Shown here: positions 1 through 9,272 of the stretch, one piece after another
Numbering within the stretch: the first letter of the stretch is position 1
How the letters are laid out: each line of letters starts with the position of its first letter
NCBI GenBank assembly: GCA_022821775.1
Contig: JAJECY010000107.1
Coordinates: forward strand, 861-64,860
Reading direction: 5' to 3'
Origin: Acidobacteriota bacterium
GTDB lineage: Bacteria; Acidobacteriota; Terriglobia; Versatilivoradales; Versatilivoraceae
Length of the DNA stretch: 64,000 bases
Made by a program: the position numbers and the translations under genes
The notes under the pieces: generated by a model
Told to the model about the DNA's origin: nothing
Database searches by the model: none
Seen by the model: only the letters and a program-made list of their open reading frames with translations

Positions 1-277
1 TGACGTGCTGAAGGACAATCCCAATTTCTTCATGATGCTCTGCGGGCACGTCCTGGGGGAGGCTCTCAGGGAAGACACCTACAACGGCAACCGGGTTTAC
101 AGCCTCCTGGCCGACTATCAGGGGCGGGAAAGGGGAGGCGACGGTTGGCTCAGGATCATGAAGTTCTCACCGACCCGAAACCGGATCGAGGTGAGCACCT
201 ATTCGCCGACCCTGGGCCAGTACGAGAGAGACGCCGACAGCCAGTTCACCCTCGAGTACGACATGTCCTCCGATTAG
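1..277 (+). CDS. partial CDS (3' end only); C-terminal fragment with metallophosphoesterase-like GH motif, product uncertain
   Basis: ORF runs off the 5' edge of the window and ends at 277. Contains an ...LCGHVLGE... stretch reminiscent of the last motif of calcineurin-like phosphoesterases. No start codon in the window. Confidence 0.35.
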   Translation, partial: DVLKDNPNFFMMLCGHVLGEALREDTYNGNRVYSLLADYQGRERGGDGWLRIMKFSPTRNRIEVSTYSPTLGQYERDADSQFTLEYDMSSD

Positions 278-450
278 CCGCACGCCCCCCTGCCGAGGGG
301 GATCATTTATTCACATCGATGCACAGGATGCACAGGATTAACAGGACGAGACGCTGTGGCACGGGAAGCTGACTGGCTGCGTTTTCCCTCACCCGAGCCC
401 AAGGGGCGTTCCCTTTGAGTGGGTCAAGAACATTGTCTTTCTTAGTGGCC

Positions 451-528
451 CTTCGTCGTTCTTCGTGTGTCTTCGTGGATAACTCTTTTCACCCCGTCGC
501 ATGCAGCGCGAATCCGGGTTGTTTCAGG
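451..528 (-). repeat. partial copy of a ~180-bp intergenic repeat family (core CTTCGTGTGTCTTCGTGGATAACTCTTTTNACCCCGTCGCATGCAGCGCGANNCCGGGTTGTTTCAGG)
   Basis: Near-identical core is seen again at 4457-4545 and, inverted, at 13743-13830. Lies between two convergent gene ends. Confidence 0.6.
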
Positions 529-637
529 TAAGCCGCTTCCCGAAAAATCCTGTGCATCGATGTTAATAATTCGTCCAATGTAGGTCCCGGACTACGGGAT
601 GCTCGCGCTCCCGCAAGTGCCGATCACCCCTCCCCGC

Positions 638-2179
638 TCAGTTCCCCGTCTCCTGTAACGGGAAGCCTCCCTTGGGCGGATCGAAGTAGCCGTTGCCGTC
701 AACGTCGACAAAGACCGGGTTGGTGAAGGAAAAGGACCGGTAATTTTCGAAGGGTTTTTCCCAGGGGGTCTTGGAGGAAGCGATCACCAGGTACCAGCTA
801 TCCTGTTGGCAATCGACCACCAGCTCGGTATCGAACTTCCAGGCCTTGTCCTCTTCTTCCGGGGGCGACACCGCAAACGTCTTGATCACTTCGCCATTTC
901 GGATGACTTCCACGGTCTCGACCGGAACCCAGGGAGCCGACTGCAGTTGAATTCTGAGAGAAACGGAGCGATCCAGGTCTGTGATCACCGATCCCACCGG
1001 GGCGCCGTTTCCGGTGAAATGGAGGAATGGCCCCAGGCTGCCGGTGACGGCCCGCCGCTTGACGGCCTGGACGACCCTGCGGGCGTCGATTTCCCAGGGG
1101 TTGTCGGTTTCGGAAGCCACGTAGTTGCGGGGGTAGCCGAGGGAGTCCTGGGGATAGCGATGAGCGTCGGTGTTGGCTACGCCGGCCATCAGCACCCCGC
1201 GATTCAGCAGTCGGTACCAGTCCTGGAGTTTCTGATCGACCAGCCTGGTGCGGCCGATAATGGTTTCGCTCTGGTCGGTGATGGCGTTGAGGATCTCGAA
1301 GCTGTCGAAACCGGTTTCGAAATAGGGGTAGTCGAAAGCTCCGGTTTCCGCGTTGAGCCGCTCATCGAAATAGCCGCTGATGGGGCTGGAGGTCTGCCGC
1401 CGCGGATGGTTGATCTGCACGATCTGTTCGCCCGGTTCCTGCCGGACGATGCGCAGGAACTCCGCCGGGGTCCGGATGCCGTGGCGAAACTCGCGCCGTC
1501 CCCAGCGATCGATCTCCAGGGGGAAGCTGTTGAAGTGGCCGAAGGCGGTGTCGATCTCCGAACCGACAGTAGACGCAATGAAGCGCTCCAGTTTGAGCGC
1601 GCGAATGTGGGGGGAATAGTCCTTCAGGATGTTGTGGTCGGTGGCCGTGAGCAGATCGATCCCTTCGGCAGCCGACGTCATGGCCCCGTCCCGCATGGCG
1701 TACTGGAGATGGAGATGGAAGTCGGCCGAGATGAAACCGCTGGTATCCACCACGCGCTCCAGTGTCGAGTTCAGATAGGCTGTCTTGCCTTCTTCGATCT
1801 TGACCTTCTGCCGGTCCAGCGAGTATTCGGTCCCGCGCGAGACGTAGACCTGGTATTCGCCGACAGGGAGTGTCTTCAGATCCCGGCCGGAGGCCGTCAC
1901 CAGGAAGTGCTGGAATCGCCCGACCGTAGGCAGTTCTTCCCGGCCATCGTCATAGGTGAAGTAGAGCCGGGCGGGCATATGCAGATGGGACCCGGCTTCC
2001 TTGACTTCCAGGGAGAGCCTGCCGAACTTCCCGCCTTGCTGGAGGACATGAATCTCGTCGGGGTCGGGTTCGGAGGCCGGCAGAATGTCCTTCCAGTGGC
2101 TGCCGAGGGTCCCGATCAGCAGGGCCAGCAGAAGTCCCACCCGCATCCTGGATGAATTCGCTAGGCGTGTCGTCGGCAT
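638..2179 (-). CDS. secreted PHP-domain (CehA/McbA-like) metal-dependent hydrolase
   Basis: ATG at 2179 is preceded by GGAGAGGAG 5 nt upstream; an internal ATG at 2146 is an alternative start. N-terminal signal peptide (MRVGLLLALLIGTLGS). PHP motifs FHLHLQY, TATDHN and NTDAHR are present. Confidence 0.6.
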   Translation of the reverse strand: MPTTRLANSSRMRVGLLLALLIGTLGSHWKDILPASEPDPDEIHVLQQGGKFGRLSLEVKEAGSHLHMPARLYFTYDDGREELPTVGRFQHFLVTASGRDLKTLPVGEYQVYVSRGTEYSLDRQKVKIEEGKTAYLNSTLERVVDTSGFISADFHLHLQYAMRDGAMTSAAEGIDLLTATDHNILKDYSPHIRALKLERFIASTVGSEIDTAFGHFNSFPLEIDRWGRREFRHGIRTPAEFLRIVRQEPGEQIVQINHPRRQTSSPISGYFDERLNAETGAFDYPYFETGFDSFEILNAITDQSETIIGRTRLVDQKLQDWYRLLNRGVLMAGVANTDAHRYPQDSLGYPRNYVASETDNPWEIDARRVVQAVKRRAVTGSLGPFLHFTGNGAPVGSVITDLDRSVSLRIQLQSAPWVPVETVEVIRNGEVIKTFAVSPPEEEDKAWKFDTELVVDCQQDSWYLVIASSKTPWEKPFENYRSFSFTNPVFVDVDGNGYFDPPKGGFPLQETGN

Positions 2180-2496
2180 TGCATCTCCTCTCCCGGTAGT
2201 TCCCGGTTTGCCTCGGTCGCATTTTGGAACGGTCTGGAGCAGCTTGCCCCGCATTATCCACCTGTTTGCTCCCCGCGTGACAACTGAAAATAGCCCTAGA
2301 CAGGAAAATTTATAGTATCCAAGAACTACGCAACAAATGAATTCATCATTATTTCATTCCGATTTCATTTCCCAGCAACTCCTTCCTGCTAGCTTCGTCG
2401 GCCAAGCGAGGCGGTGCTTCGCCATGGGACTCACCCCGAGAAGACTGCCTGTCTATTCCAAATCGAACTCAAGACCAGAACAAAGGAAGGAAATCC

Positions 2497-4317
2497 ATGA
2501 AGAGTACCCTGTTTTCTCTCGCCGCCGTTGTCGCCGTGGCCGCGCTAGGCCTGGCTCCGGCGTCACTCGCCCGTGGCGGGAGCGTTTCCGGTGATGCCCA
2601 CGCGGCCACGCTCATTCAAAAAGACTCCGACATCGGCATGTGGATCTGGGCCGACAAGTATGTCTACCGTCCGGGTGAGCAGATGACTGTCCGGGGATCC
2701 TACCGCGTCAACCAGGACGTCCAGCCCTACGCCCTGTTTACCTATATCATCAACAACCAGACGGGTGTCAGGACGTTCTTCACCAAGAAGGAACATACGA
2801 CAAAGGATCCGCAGAATATCTTCAGCCAGACCCCGGAGGGTATTGACAGGGGATTAGGGCTCACTCGTTTGGATGTAGGAGTTTCCGAGGTGAACAAGGC
2901 GGTGATCGTGGGACCCGGCGGCTCGGCCTCGGGGATGACTTACACCATTCCCAACGAGCTCGGCATGCACACCATCGTAGTTCAACTGAGAGACTATCTG
3001 GGCGGGCGCGTTCTCAAGAACGCCTATTTCAAGATCGGGGTGGTGGATGGAACCGTCCAAGTGAGCGGCAATATCACCTCCGATACCACCTGGATGAACA
3101 CCAAGACCTACAATCTCAACGGGGTCGTCTTTGTCAAGAACGGAGCCACCCTGACCATCGAGCCCGGAACCATCATCACCGGCGAGCCCGGTTCCCAGCC
3201 GGCCTCGTCCCTCTTTGTCACGACCACCGGAAAACTGATGGCCGCCGGCACCCGCTCCCGTCCCATCACCTTCACCAGCAAGCTGCCCTTCGGCGAGCGC
3301 AATGCCGGTGATTGGGGAGGACTGGTTCTGCTGGGAGCGGCCCCGGTGAACTGGCCTACCGGCTTCGGGAACATCGAGGGACTGCCTCCCTCCGACGACA
3401 CCGAGTACGGCGGGGACGATCCTACCCATGACTGCGGAACTCTGGCCTATGTCCGGGTCGAGTTTGCGGGCGCCGAGTTTGCCCCCAACGACGAGATCAA
3501 CGCCATCACCTTCGGTGGCTGCGGCTCGGATACGGTGGCTCACCACCTGCAGGCCAAGTACGGGCTGGACGATCTCTTCGAGTGGTTTGGCGGCACCATG
3601 GACGCCAGCTACCTGGTGGGCACCTACGGCCAGGACGACTTCCTGGATATCCAGATCGGCTGGACCGGGCGCCTGCAGCACGCGGTCTGCGTGGCCGGTG
3701 TGGACCAACAGGGAAACCGCGGCATCGAGTCGGACAGCAATGAGGACGATTACGCCGCCACTCCGGTGACCGAGCCTCAGGTTTACAACGTCACCATGGT
3801 GGGAGCCGGAGACACCTACACCGAGGGCTTTGACGAGGGGACAGGCGTGGCCGGAGCCTATTTTCGCCGGGGTTCCGGTGGAAGCTACAACAATGTCCTC
3901 CTCTACAATTGGGTCAATACCGGATTCGTCGTTCTGGACCAGGAATCGGTCGACAATGGAGCGCTTTCGGTAAACGGCCTGTTGATGTGGAACAACGGGC
4001 TGATGTCGGGCCGGATGAACACCATGGCCGACCAGGTTCTCGACCCTCTTGGCAGCAAGGACAACCTGGGTCCCGAGTTTCTGCCGGGTCAGGCCAACGT
4101 CATGATTGCCGACCCCGACCTGGTGCGCCCCCTGCAGTTGAGCGACCCCGACTTCAGGCCCCGCCGGGGAGGGCCCATCTTCCGCGCCAACTGGATCCTT
4201 CCGCCGGACGACGGCTTCTTCGATCAGTCCGCCAACTATCTCGGCGCCTTCGGTGACGAGAGATGGGACGAGGAGTGGGCTCAGTATCACGTTGAAGGAG
4301 AAATGGGACCTCCGTAA
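2497..4317 (+). CDS. secreted hypothetical protein (signal peptide; beta-rich, possible beta-helix)
   Basis: AGGAAGGAAA Shine-Dalgarno precedes the ATG. Signal peptide MKSTLFSLAAVVAVAALGLAPASLA. Coding-like composition throughout. No recognised catalytic motif. Confidence 0.7.
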   Translation: MKSTLFSLAAVVAVAALGLAPASLARGGSVSGDAHAATLIQKDSDIGMWIWADKYVYRPGEQMTVRGSYRVNQDVQPYALFTYIINNQTGVRTFFTKKEHTTKDPQNIFSQTPEGIDRGLGLTRLDVGVSEVNKAVIVGPGGSASGMTYTIPNELGMHTIVVQLRDYLGGRVLKNAYFKIGVVDGTVQVSGNITSDTTWMNTKTYNLNGVVFVKNGATLTIEPGTIITGEPGSQPASSLFVTTTGKLMAAGTRSRPITFTSKLPFGERNAGDWGGLVLLGAAPVNWPTGFGNIEGLPPSDDTEYGGDDPTHDCGTLAYVRVEFAGAEFAPNDEINAITFGGCGSDTVAHHLQAKYGLDDLFEWFGGTMDASYLVGTYGQDDFLDIQIGWTGRLQHAVCVAGVDQQGNRGIESDSNEDDYAATPVTEPQVYNVTMVGAGDTYTEGFDEGTGVAGAYFRRGSGGSYNNVLLYNWVNTGFVVLDQESVDNGALSVNGLLMWNNGLMSGRMNTMADQVLDPLGSKDNLGPEFLPGQANVMIADPDLVRPLQLSDPDFRPRRGGPIFRANWILPPDDGFFDQSANYLGAFGDERWDEEWAQYHVEGEMGPP

Positions 4318-4321
4318 TTTT

Positions 4322-4349
4322 GTAGTGGCCAGTGGTCAGTGGTCAGTGG
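4322..4349. repeat. 7-bp tandem repeat GTGG(C/T)CA x4
   Basis: GTGGCCAGTGGTCAGTGGTCAGTGGTCA sits directly after the stop of the upstream gene. Confidence 0.6.
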
Positions 4350-4371
4350 TCAGCCCGGCCCCCGCCCCCAG

Positions 4372-4545
4372 GACGGGCGGATCATTCGAGAGAGAAACAG
4401 GGGACCCGGATGGCGTATCGGGAGCACGGAAAGGTTCCGGTTCCCCTCGGCCTCTCGCTTCGTGTGTCTTGGTCGTCCTTCGTGTGCCTTCGTGGATAAC
4501 TCTTTTTACCCCGTCGCATGCAGCGCGAGACCGGGTTGTTTCAGG
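4372..4545 (+). repeat. full copy of the ~180-bp intergenic repeat family (GGGCGGATCAT...CACGAAG array...GCATGCAGCGCGA..CCGGGTTGTTTCAGG)
   Basis: About 90% identical over ~175 bp to the inverted copy at 13743-13915. Partial copy at 451-528 and a diverged copy at 7700-7840. Confidence 0.65.
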
Positions 4546-4653
4546 CAGGTTGTCTGATCGACAGGTCAAGCGTCTTGTCGGCCTTGGCGCAGTGCTTCCA
4601 ATTGGCGCAGTCAGGTCATCAGGCGCTTGCCTGTTCCCGAAACCCTCGGCTGA

Positions 4654-4683
4654 CCACTCTCCACTCTTCACTCTCCACTCTTT
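4654..4683. repeat. tandem array of GAGTGGAGAGTGAAGA-type units (reverse orientation)
   Basis: CCACTCTCCACTCTTCACTCTCCACTCTT. The same unit family recurs at 7642-7697 (forward) and 7896-7928 (reverse). Confidence 0.6.
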
Positions 4684-4896
4684 CCTTTCAGCGATAATTC
4701 CCGGCGCCGGGAATCTCGGGAGGACAGCCGTGCTTCCCGCTAATCCTGTTCCCGCTGTATCCGAATTTTCCATCGGTCGATCTTAATCAATTCTTTATTC
4801 CCCCTTAACACGGTGTTCACAGGCTCGGTGTACCTTCAGCCTGCTGGCCATGAACTCCCAGGTCCTTGACCTGTGGAAAGAAAAGGAGTGACTGGA

Positions 4897-7641
4897 GTGT
4901 TCCGCTTTATAACCGTTCTGTCGTTGTTATTGCTGCTTGCCCAGAATCTGGCTGGTCAGCAAACAGGTACCGTGGCAGGGACCGTACTGGATGCCGACAA
5001 CGGCTCCTTGGTGCGGCAGGCCCGAGTCGAAGTGGGGGGTCGGCCCGAACTCTCGACCGTGACGGATCTGGACGGGTACTATTCCCTGCAACTGCCCGCC
5101 GGCACCTACCAACTGCTCTTCACCGCAGACAACTACCATGAATCCACGGTGAGCGACATCGTGGTTGCGGCCGGCGCCGTCCAGGAAGTCAGCACCGTCA
5201 TGGCCAACGTCGCCACCCAGACGGTGGTCGACGTCACCGCGGAAATCGACGCCGTCACCGCCACTGCAGAGGCCATGCTCACCGAGCGCAAGCTGGCGCC
5301 CACCGTGAGCGACAGCATGAGCCGGGACGAAATCAGCAAGTCGATGGCTTCCGATGCAGCCGGAGCGGTGGAGAAGGTGACCGGTGTCTCGGTGGTCGAC
5401 GACGGCTATGTCTACGTGAGAGGCCTGGGGGAACGCTACAGCGCCACCATGCTGAACCGGGCCATGGTTCCCACCACCGACCCCGAACGGCGGGTGGTGC
5501 CTCTGGACCTCTTTCCCGCCGCTCTGATCGACAACATCAAGGTTATCAAGACCTACTCGCCGGACATGCCCGGCGAGTTCTCGGGAGGCCTGGTTCAGAT
5601 GCAGACCATCGAGTTCCCGGTGGCGAGAACCTTCAATGCCGGCATGAGTTACGGCTTCAACAGCCAAACCACTTTCAAGGAGTTCCAAAGCTACCGGGGC
5701 GGTGAGTCCGATTTCTGGGCATACGAAGACGGGACCCGCGATGTGCCCGGCCGGATTCCGCAGACCAGGCTGTTCCCGGGCAGCTTCAGCCGGCAGGAAA
5801 TGCAGGAGTTCGGCCGGGCCTTCCCCGTCAACTGGGAGGGCACCTCCATCGACAGCGCCCGTCCCTCTCAGACCTACTCCCTTGCCGGAGGCGATACGGT
5901 GGGTCCGCTGGGCCTGGTGGGAGCCTTCACCTTCACCAACAAGGCTCAGATCTATCAGGAGGCCCGGCGTTACCTGGTAAACACCGGCGGTGGCAATATC
6001 GGCATCCGCACCGATTATCCCGATTTCGCTCGGGGCGTGGAGGCATCCCGGGTGGGGGCGGTCTTCAATGCAGCCCTGCGGCTGAACAGCAACAACAAGA
6101 TCGTTTTCCGCAATACCTACACCCACGACGCCGACAAGGAAGCCCGTCGCTTCGAAGGTCTGAATGGGGGAATCGATTTGCAAATCGTGGCCGAACGGCT
6201 GCGGTGGGTGGAACGGGGGCTGTTCTCAACGGGGATCGAAGGGGAACACAACCTGTCGGCACTGGGCAACAGCCTGATCCGCTGGCAGTACACTTATTCC
6301 CAGTCGGGCCGGGATGAGCCCGACTACAGGGAGACCATCTACCAGCGACGGGACGATGACAGCCTGGGGTTCCTGTCGCTGCCCCAATCGGCCCTGCGTT
6401 TCTACAATACGCTCGAAGACAAAATCCACGAGCCCCTGGTGGAGTGGGGGAAGCCCTTCTTCGGCAGCGGCGTTACCGGCATGTTCAGTGTCGGGGTTCG
6501 GGCCACCTTCCGGGAACGGGATTTTGCAGCCCGCCGCTTCCGCTTCAAGCCCACCAACTTCCGCCACATCGATACCAGCCTTGCCCCCAATGAACTCCTG
6601 GGACCCGACAATATCGCTCCCGACCGGTTCGTCCTGCGCGAAAACACGCGAGGCACCGACACCTATCGGGGAGACATGGACATCTTCGGCACCTTTGCCA
6701 TGCTGGATATCTCACTGGGCTCCAAGTGGCGGTTGGTGGGCGGTCTTCGCCTGGAAGACGCCCTGATTCAGGTCACCACCATCGATCCCTTGGTTCCCGG
6801 CGGGGTTCCGGCCGTTGCCGAGCTGGATAACCGCGACCCTCTGCCCGGCATCAACGTGAGCTATGCCCTGACGCCCCGGCAGAACCTGCGGTTCGGGTAT
6901 GCGCGCACCCTCAACCGACCCGACTTTCGCGAGCTCTCTCCCTTCGACTTCCTCAACGTGCTGGGTGGCTACGATACGGCCGGCAACCCCGACCTGCGGC
7001 GAGCCAAGATCGACAACTACGATGCTCGCTGGGAGTGGTTCCCGGGTGGAAACCAGGTGGTTGCCGCCAGCTATTTCCTCAAGGACTTCACCGATCCCAT
7101 CGAAACCACCATTCAGCCGACCATCAACCAGCGCCGCAGCTTCGTAAACGCCACCAGTGCCCGGAACCAGGGCTTCGAAGTCGAGTGGCGGCAGCACCTG
7201 GGCTACTTTCATGGCGGGCTGGAGCCCTTCAGCCTGCAAAGCAACTTCACCTTCGTGGACTCCAACGTCGACATTCCGCCCGAACTGGCGCTGTTGGCCA
7301 CCTCGAAGCAGCGGCCGCTGCTGGGGCAGTCCCGCTTCATCTACAACTTCGGCACCGAGTGGAACAAGCCTCAGTGGCGCAGCACGGTCCGATTCTTCAT
7401 GAATTCGGTGTCCCGCAAGATCAGCGACGTGGGCACCTTCGGCCTCCCCGATATTTTCCAGGAGGGGAATCTCTTCATGGACCTGGCCTACCTCTACACC
7501 ATCGGCGAGCGCTGGGGCGTCAAGTTTACGATCGAAAACCTGTCCGACAACGAATATCGCTGGACGCAGGCCGATCATCTGCAACGCCGTTTTCGCCTGG
7601 GACGGACCTTCAAGGTCGGAACCAGCTTCTCGCTTTTCTAA
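4897..7641 (+). CDS. TonB-dependent outer-membrane receptor with N-terminal carboxypeptidase-regulatory-like domain
   Basis: AAGGAG lies 9 nt upstream of GTG 4897; the ORF track opens at 4873. Signal peptide FRFITVLSLLLLLAQNLAG. Plug-domain motifs (DGYVYVRGLGERYSATMLN) and a C-terminal ...FSLF ending in an aromatic residue. Confidence 0.85.
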   Translation: MFRFITVLSLLLLLAQNLAGQQTGTVAGTVLDADNGSLVRQARVEVGGRPELSTVTDLDGYYSLQLPAGTYQLLFTADNYHESTVSDIVVAAGAVQEVSTVMANVATQTVVDVTAEIDAVTATAEAMLTERKLAPTVSDSMSRDEISKSMASDAAGAVEKVTGVSVVDDGYVYVRGLGERYSATMLNRAMVPTTDPERRVVPLDLFPAALIDNIKVIKTYSPDMPGEFSGGLVQMQTIEFPVARTFNAGMSYGFNSQTTFKEFQSYRGGESDFWAYEDGTRDVPGRIPQTRLFPGSFSRQEMQEFGRAFPVNWEGTSIDSARPSQTYSLAGGDTVGPLGLVGAFTFTNKAQIYQEARRYLVNTGGGNIGIRTDYPDFARGVEASRVGAVFNAALRLNSNNKIVFRNTYTHDADKEARRFEGLNGGIDLQIVAERLRWVERGLFSTGIEGEHNLSALGNSLIRWQYTYSQSGRDEPDYRETIYQRRDDDSLGFLSLPQSALRFYNTLEDKIHEPLVEWGKPFFGSGVTGMFSVGVRATFRERDFAARRFRFKPTNFRHIDTSLAPNELLGPDNIAPDRFVLRENTRGTDTYRGDMDIFGTFAMLDISLGSKWRLVGGLRLEDALIQVTTIDPLVPGGVPAVAELDNRDPLPGINVSYALTPRQNLRFGYARTLNRPDFRELSPFDFLNVLGGYDTAGNPDLRRAKIDNYDARWEWFPGGNQVVAASYFLKDFTDPIETTIQPTINQRRSFVNATSARNQGFEVEWRQHLGYFHGGLEPFSLQSNFTFVDSNVDIPPELALLATSKQRPLLGQSRFIYNFGTEWNKPQWRSTVRFFMNSVSRKISDVGTFGLPDIFQEGNLFMDLAYLYTIGERWGVKFTIENLSDNEYRWTQADHLQRRFRLGRTFKVGTSFSLF

Positions 7642-7697
7642 GTGAAGAGTGGAGAGTAGAGAGTGAAGAGTGGAGAGTGAAGAGTGGAGAGTGAAGA
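7642..7697. repeat. tandem 14-16-bp GTGAAGAGTGGAGAGT array (~3.5 units)
   Basis: Begins at the stop codon of the TonB receptor. Inverted relative to the arrays at 4654-4683 and 7896-7928. Confidence 0.6.
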
Positions 7698-7895
7698 ACT
7701 ACTTGATCGACACGCGAAGCATCTCGTCGGTCTCGGCGCAGTCCTTCGAGTCGGTCTGGACCCCGCCCCCGCGACGGGGCGGATCATCCAAAGGTGAAGA
7801 AACAAGGGTTGTTTCACGCGAGCGCCTTGTGACGAGGCCGCACTCTAATAACATCTGTGCCGAGATCAACAGGATGCTGAACGTGTCGATCACAC

Positions 7896-7928
7896 GACTC
7901 TTCACTCTCCACTAGCCACTCTTCACTG
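7896..7928. repeat. inverted partner array (ACTCTTCACTCTCCACT-type)
   Basis: Reverse complement of the 7642-7697 units. Abuts the start of the response-regulator gene. Confidence 0.55.
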
Positions 7929-8651
7929 TTGTTTCAGACCATGAAACAGTGCATTCTCGCCATCGAGGACAACAAGGATATCTGTGAAGCGGTCCGCTAC
8001 AACCTGGAAAAGGAGAAGAACTTCTCGGTGGTCGAGGCCCATACCGGGGAAGAAGGCGTCAGTCTGGCGTTCAAGCTCAAGCCGAGCCTGATCATCCTCG
8101 ACCTCATGCTGCCGGGGGTGAGCGGGTTCGAGGTCTGCCGAATCCTGCGGAGGGATCCCGAAACCCGGCATATTCCCATCCTGATCCTGTCTGCCAGGAG
8201 CACCGAGTCGGACAAGGTTCTGGGCCTGGAACTGGGCGCCAACGACTACATGACCAAGCCTTTCGGGGTTCGCGAACTGGTGGCCCGGGTCCGTTCCACC
8301 TTGAGGAAAAACGACGGACAGCAGGTGGAGTCTTACGACGACGGTCGCCTGCAGATGCACTTCGAGAACTACGAGATTCGCTTCGAGGGTGAGAACCGCC
8401 GCCTCACCCTGAAGGAATTCGGCCTGCTGAAGGCCTTGATCCTCAACGCCGGAAGGGCCCTGACCCGCGAGAAGATCCTCAACGCGGTCTGGGAATACAG
8501 CTACTACGGGGACGCCCGAACAGTGGATGTCCACATTCGCCGGATTCGTAGAAAGCTGGGGCCTAACTTCAAGGACTATATCGAAACCGTCACCGGCGTG
8601 GGCTACCGCTTCCGCCGTCCCGCTCAGCAGGCAGCCGGTTCCCTCTCTTGA
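7929..8651 (+). CDS. OmpR/PhoB-family response regulator (receiver + winged-helix); no cognate kinase adjacent
   Basis: Receiver motifs (ILDLMLPGVSGFEV, phospho-acceptor D in IILDLML). C-terminal winged helix (RTVDVHIRRIRRKLG, TVTGVGYRF). Alternative ATG at 7941. Confidence 0.85.
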   Translation: MFQTMKQCILAIEDNKDICEAVRYNLEKEKNFSVVEAHTGEEGVSLAFKLKPSLIILDLMLPGVSGFEVCRILRRDPETRHIPILILSARSTESDKVLGLELGANDYMTKPFGVRELVARVRSTLRKNDGQQVESYDDGRLQMHFENYEIRFEGENRRLTLKEFGLLKALILNAGRALTREKILNAVWEYSYYGDARTVDVHIRRIRRKLGPNFKDYIETVTGVGYRFRRPAQQAAGSLS

Positions 8652-8686
8652 ACCAGCACTTCCCTTCCTTCAAAAACTCAAGTATC

Positions 8687-8707
8687 ACTCCCCCCTTGAG
8701 GGGGAGT
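8687..8707 (+). terminator. GC-rich hairpin (ACTCCCCC-loop-GGGGGAGT), a conserved REP-like element
   Basis: 8-bp G/C stem and 5-nt loop ~35 nt after the regulator stop. The identical 26-mer ATCACTCCCCCCTTGAGGGGGAGTCG recurs inverted at 20663-20688. Confidence 0.4.
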
Positions 8708-8760
8708 CGCATAAGCCGAGCCGAATGGCGAAGGCTGATGCGGTGGGGGGCATCAGGTCG

Positions 8761-9270
8761 TCAGGCCGTCGATGCGTCCGCAGGGTGTTTGGGGAAGTCC
8801 ATGAAGACGCACGTTCCCCGGCGCCGGCCTATCTCCTTCCAGGAAGAAATCTCGAAATCGGCGCAGAACAGGCCGCAGGTCGGAAGGTTGTCCAGGAATG
8901 CGCTGCAGATGGAGTTGATCAGGTCCGTCAATCCCGGGTTGTGCCCGACCAGAAAGACCGTCTGCTCGGCATCGTCCAGTCCCTGGAGGATGCCGAGCAG
9001 GTCGGCGAACCCGGCGCCGTAGAGCCGATCCAGGCAGGTGATTCGGCCGGCTGGAAATCCAACGGCGCCGGCAATGATCTCGGCCGTCCGGATGGCCCGC
9101 TTGGCCGGGCTGGAGAGCAGGCGGTCCGGAACCAGGGAGCGTCGGGCCAGCCGCCGGCCCATTTCGGGGGCGTCGGTCTTGCCGCGCTTGTTCAGAGGAC
9201 GGTCGAAATCCCTCAACCCGGGGTCCTTCCAACTGGACTTGGCATGGCGGATGACAACCAGTCTCTTCAT
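8761..9270 (-). CDS. SixA-type phosphohistidine phosphatase (histidine phosphatase superfamily)
   Basis: N-terminal RHAKS catalytic motif. About 170 aa, typical of SixA. Start lies 3 nt after the stop of the upstream gene (operon). Confidence 0.75.
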   Translation of the reverse strand: MKRLVVIRHAKSSWKDPGLRDFDRPLNKRGKTDAPEMGRRLARRSLVPDRLLSSPAKRAIRTAEIIAGAVGFPAGRITCLDRLYGAGFADLLGILQGLDDAEQTVFLVGHNPGLTDLINSICSAFLDNLPTCGLFCADFEISSWKEIGRRRGTCVFMDFPKHPADASTA

Positions 9271-9272
9271 CG

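Noticed and set aside
4336-4773. 145-aa ORF (and its homolog at 13592-13942) whose translations are ~85% identical between repeat copies
   Set aside because: Both lie inside copies of the ~180-bp repeat. About half of the nucleotide differences change amino acids, giving no signal of purifying selection. The basic-rich 'RRTTKTHEARGRGEP' is simply the CACGAAG array read in frame. No start context.
7642-7928. Possible CRISPR array from the GTGAAGAGTGGAGAGT tandem repeats
   Set aside because: Units are 14-16 bp and directly abutting, without spacers. They are far shorter than CRISPR repeats and have no leader or cas genes nearby. Treated as a satellite or tandem repeat.
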